In this document: positions 33,374 through 34,775 of the stretch, piece by piece
How the letters are laid out: each line of letters begins with the position of its first letter
Position numbering within the stretch: position 1 is the stretch's first letter
Origin: an uncultured Candidatus Saccharibacteria bacterium
Lineage (GTDB): Bacteria > Patescibacteriota > Minisyncoccia > UBA6257 > GWB1-50-10
Direction of reading: 5' to 3'
Assembly: GCA_964362455.1 (NCBI GenBank)
Contig: CAYIEJ010000001.1
Location: forward strand, 1-34,775
Length of the DNA stretch: 34,775 bases
Notes under the pieces: model-generated
Database searches by the model: none
The model's input: the letters and a program-made list of their open reading frames with translations, nothing else
Told to the model about the DNA's origin: nothing
Position numbers and translations under genes: made by a program

Positions 33374-34775
33374 TTAGTTTGACGATGTTTTTTTGTCTTT
33401 TATTCTGTTTTGATAGTACCACATAAAAATATCTCTTGCTACCGGAACGGTATTCAAACTGCCTTCTTTGGCATCTTCAACCAAGACAAGAATGGCAATT
33501 TCCGGATTTTCGTAAGGAGCATAGCCTACAAAAAACGCATTGAGCTTTTTGTTGTTTTCAACTTGGGCGCTACCGGTTTTGGCGGCAACCTGTAGCGGCA
33601 AATTGGCAAGATAATGCGCGGTGCCGTAAGATTCGTTAACTGCATCGCGCATCCCTTTTTTAACGTCGGGTAAATAACTTTGGATTTCTGCGCCTAAATC
33701 TTTAAGTATGCTTGGTTCGCTTTGTAAAATTACCTGGTTGTTCTCATCCAAAATTGATTGCATTATCCGAGGTTTATATATTTTACCGCCGTTGGCAATG
33801 GCGCTGATGTAGTTTAGGATTTGAATTGGAGTAACAAGTAAATCGCCCTGGCCGATAGTTACGTTATAGGTATCACCCAACAGCCATGGTTTTTGAGTTG
33901 TTTTTTCTTTCCATTCCGGATCGGGTAAAAAGCCCGATTCCTCGCCAATTAAATCAATTTTTGTTTTCTCATTAAGAGCGAATTTTTGCCACCAGGCGTT
34001 CAGTTTTGAAATGCCTAATCCTTTTTGATCCTTAAAGCCGCCGCCAATCTCGTAGAAATAAACATTGCTCGATTTTGCAAGCGCGGCCCAGAGGTTAACC
34101 CAGCCGTGAGCTTTCCAATCGACAAAACGATTGGGTTTTTCGGGGTTATAAGGGTTGGGCAATTCAATGAAGCCGGCCGAATAAATTTGTTTTTCGGGCA
34201 CGATGATACCTTCTTTTAACGCGGCGGTGGCAACAAGCGGTTTAATGGTTGAGCCGGGCGTATACAAACCGCTTATGGTTCTATTGAACAAAGGTTGATC
34301 GGGCATATTTAAAAATTTTGCCACTTTTGTTGAATCAAAACTGGGAATGCTGACTAAAGCCAGCACCTCGCCATTTCTGGGGTTTATGGCAATACCCGCG
34401 CCGATATCTTGTCCGAGGTTCGTTAACGCCTCTTTCAATCGGTCGTAAAAAAAATCTTGAAACTCTAAATCAACGAATGTTTTTAGTTTTTTGCCTGGCG
34501 TTGATGATTGAACGATGCGCTCATCTTCTTTTTCGCCGCGAGCATCACGAAAAATAATTTCTTTGCCGTTTATGCCTCGGAGATATTGGTCGTAGATCGC
34601 TTCAATCCCCACCCGGCCGATTTCGTCGTCAATCACCAATTCGGAATTGCGCTCCAAATCTTCCTTGTTGACTAGGCCGGTATAACCGATTAAATGCGAT
34701 GCTTTAAGCGGGCTGGCATGAACCCTTTTAAAACTCGGTTCAATCTCGAGCCCAGAAATTACAGCCGAGGAAAGG
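33374..34775 (-). CDS. mrdA: Penicillin-binding protein 2-like D,D-transpeptidase (5'-partial, runs off the window)
   Basis: Motifs SxxK (GSTIKP), SxN (KSSNVY) and KTG (KTGSA). The frame stays open upstream of the track TTG start to position 34775 (LSSAVISGLEIEPSFKRVHASPLKASHLIGYTGLVNKEDLERN...), so the N-terminus lies outside the window. Confidence 0.85.
   Translation of the reverse strand, partial: LSSAVISGLEIEPSFKRVHASPLKASHLIGYTGLVNKEDLERNSELVIDDEIGRVGIEAIYDQYLRGINGKEIIFRDARGEKEDERIVQSSTPGKKLKTFVDLEFQDFFYDRLKEALTNLGQDIGAGIAINPRNGEVLALVSIPSFDSTKVAKFLNMPDQPLFNRTISGLYTPGSTIKPLVATAALKEGIIVPEKQIYSAGFIELPNPYNPEKPNRFVDWKAHGWVNLWAALAKSSNVYFYEIGGGFKDQKGLGISKLNAWWQKFALNEKTKIDLIGEESGFLPDPEWKEKTTQKPWLLGDTYNVTIGQGDLLVTPIQILNYISAIANGGKIYKPRIMQSILDENNQVILQSEPSILKDLGAEIQSYLPDVKKGMRDAVNESYGTAHYLANLPLQVAAKTGSAQVENNKKLNAFFVGYAPYENPEIAILVLVEDAKEGSLNTVPVARDIFMWYYQNRIKDKKTSSN

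Noticed and set aside
1-34775. CRISPR arrays, rRNA genes or prophage structural modules.
   Set aside because: I saw no regularly spaced short repeats, no rRNA-like conserved stretches and no phage structural or cas-like ORFs.

Overview
AT-rich bacterial window read with the standard genetic code. Gene content looks like a small-genome Patescibacteria/CPR-type organism; that placement is inference only, since no search was possible. Most genes are housekeeping and lie on the minus strand. They include the dcw start (mraZ-rsmH-ftsL-ftsI), msrB, an amino-acid dehydrogenase, dinB, tRNA-Val, rplJ-rplL with an L10-leader-like attenuator, grpE-dnaK-dnaJ, ftsQ, alr, serS, lysS, greA and a second PBP cut by the window edge. 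Between a secreted S8 protease (ends 11788) and dnaJ (20084) lies an accessory island of about 8 kb. Its key genes fall below the 60-aa ORF-track cutoff, and I found them by translating intergenic DNA. (1) A graspetide (omega-ester RiPP) mini-operon: a 33-aa precursor (13542..13643, PFxxxFL leader, Thr/Asp-rich core), a 12-bp hairpin, an MdnC-like ATP-grasp ligase and a terminator. (2) A radical SAM/SPASM enzyme followed by a 55-aa peptide ending in WDK-x-WDK-xx-WDK-xx-WAN (17735..17902), which looks like a cyclophane or Lys-Trp crosslinked RiPP precursor. Between the two cassettes sit four unrelated-looking small HExxH metalloprotease-like genes and a nucleotidyltransferase-fold gene. One edge of the island carries an IS481-like element with perfect 18-bp inverted repeats. 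A 42-nt duplicate of the dnaJ 3' end, differing from the live copy only at three synonymous positions and still followed by orphaned terminators, marks an insertion scar. A 32-nt imperfect direct repeat lies upstream of both the S8 protease gene and the graspetide precursor. No CRISPR array or rRNA was seen.
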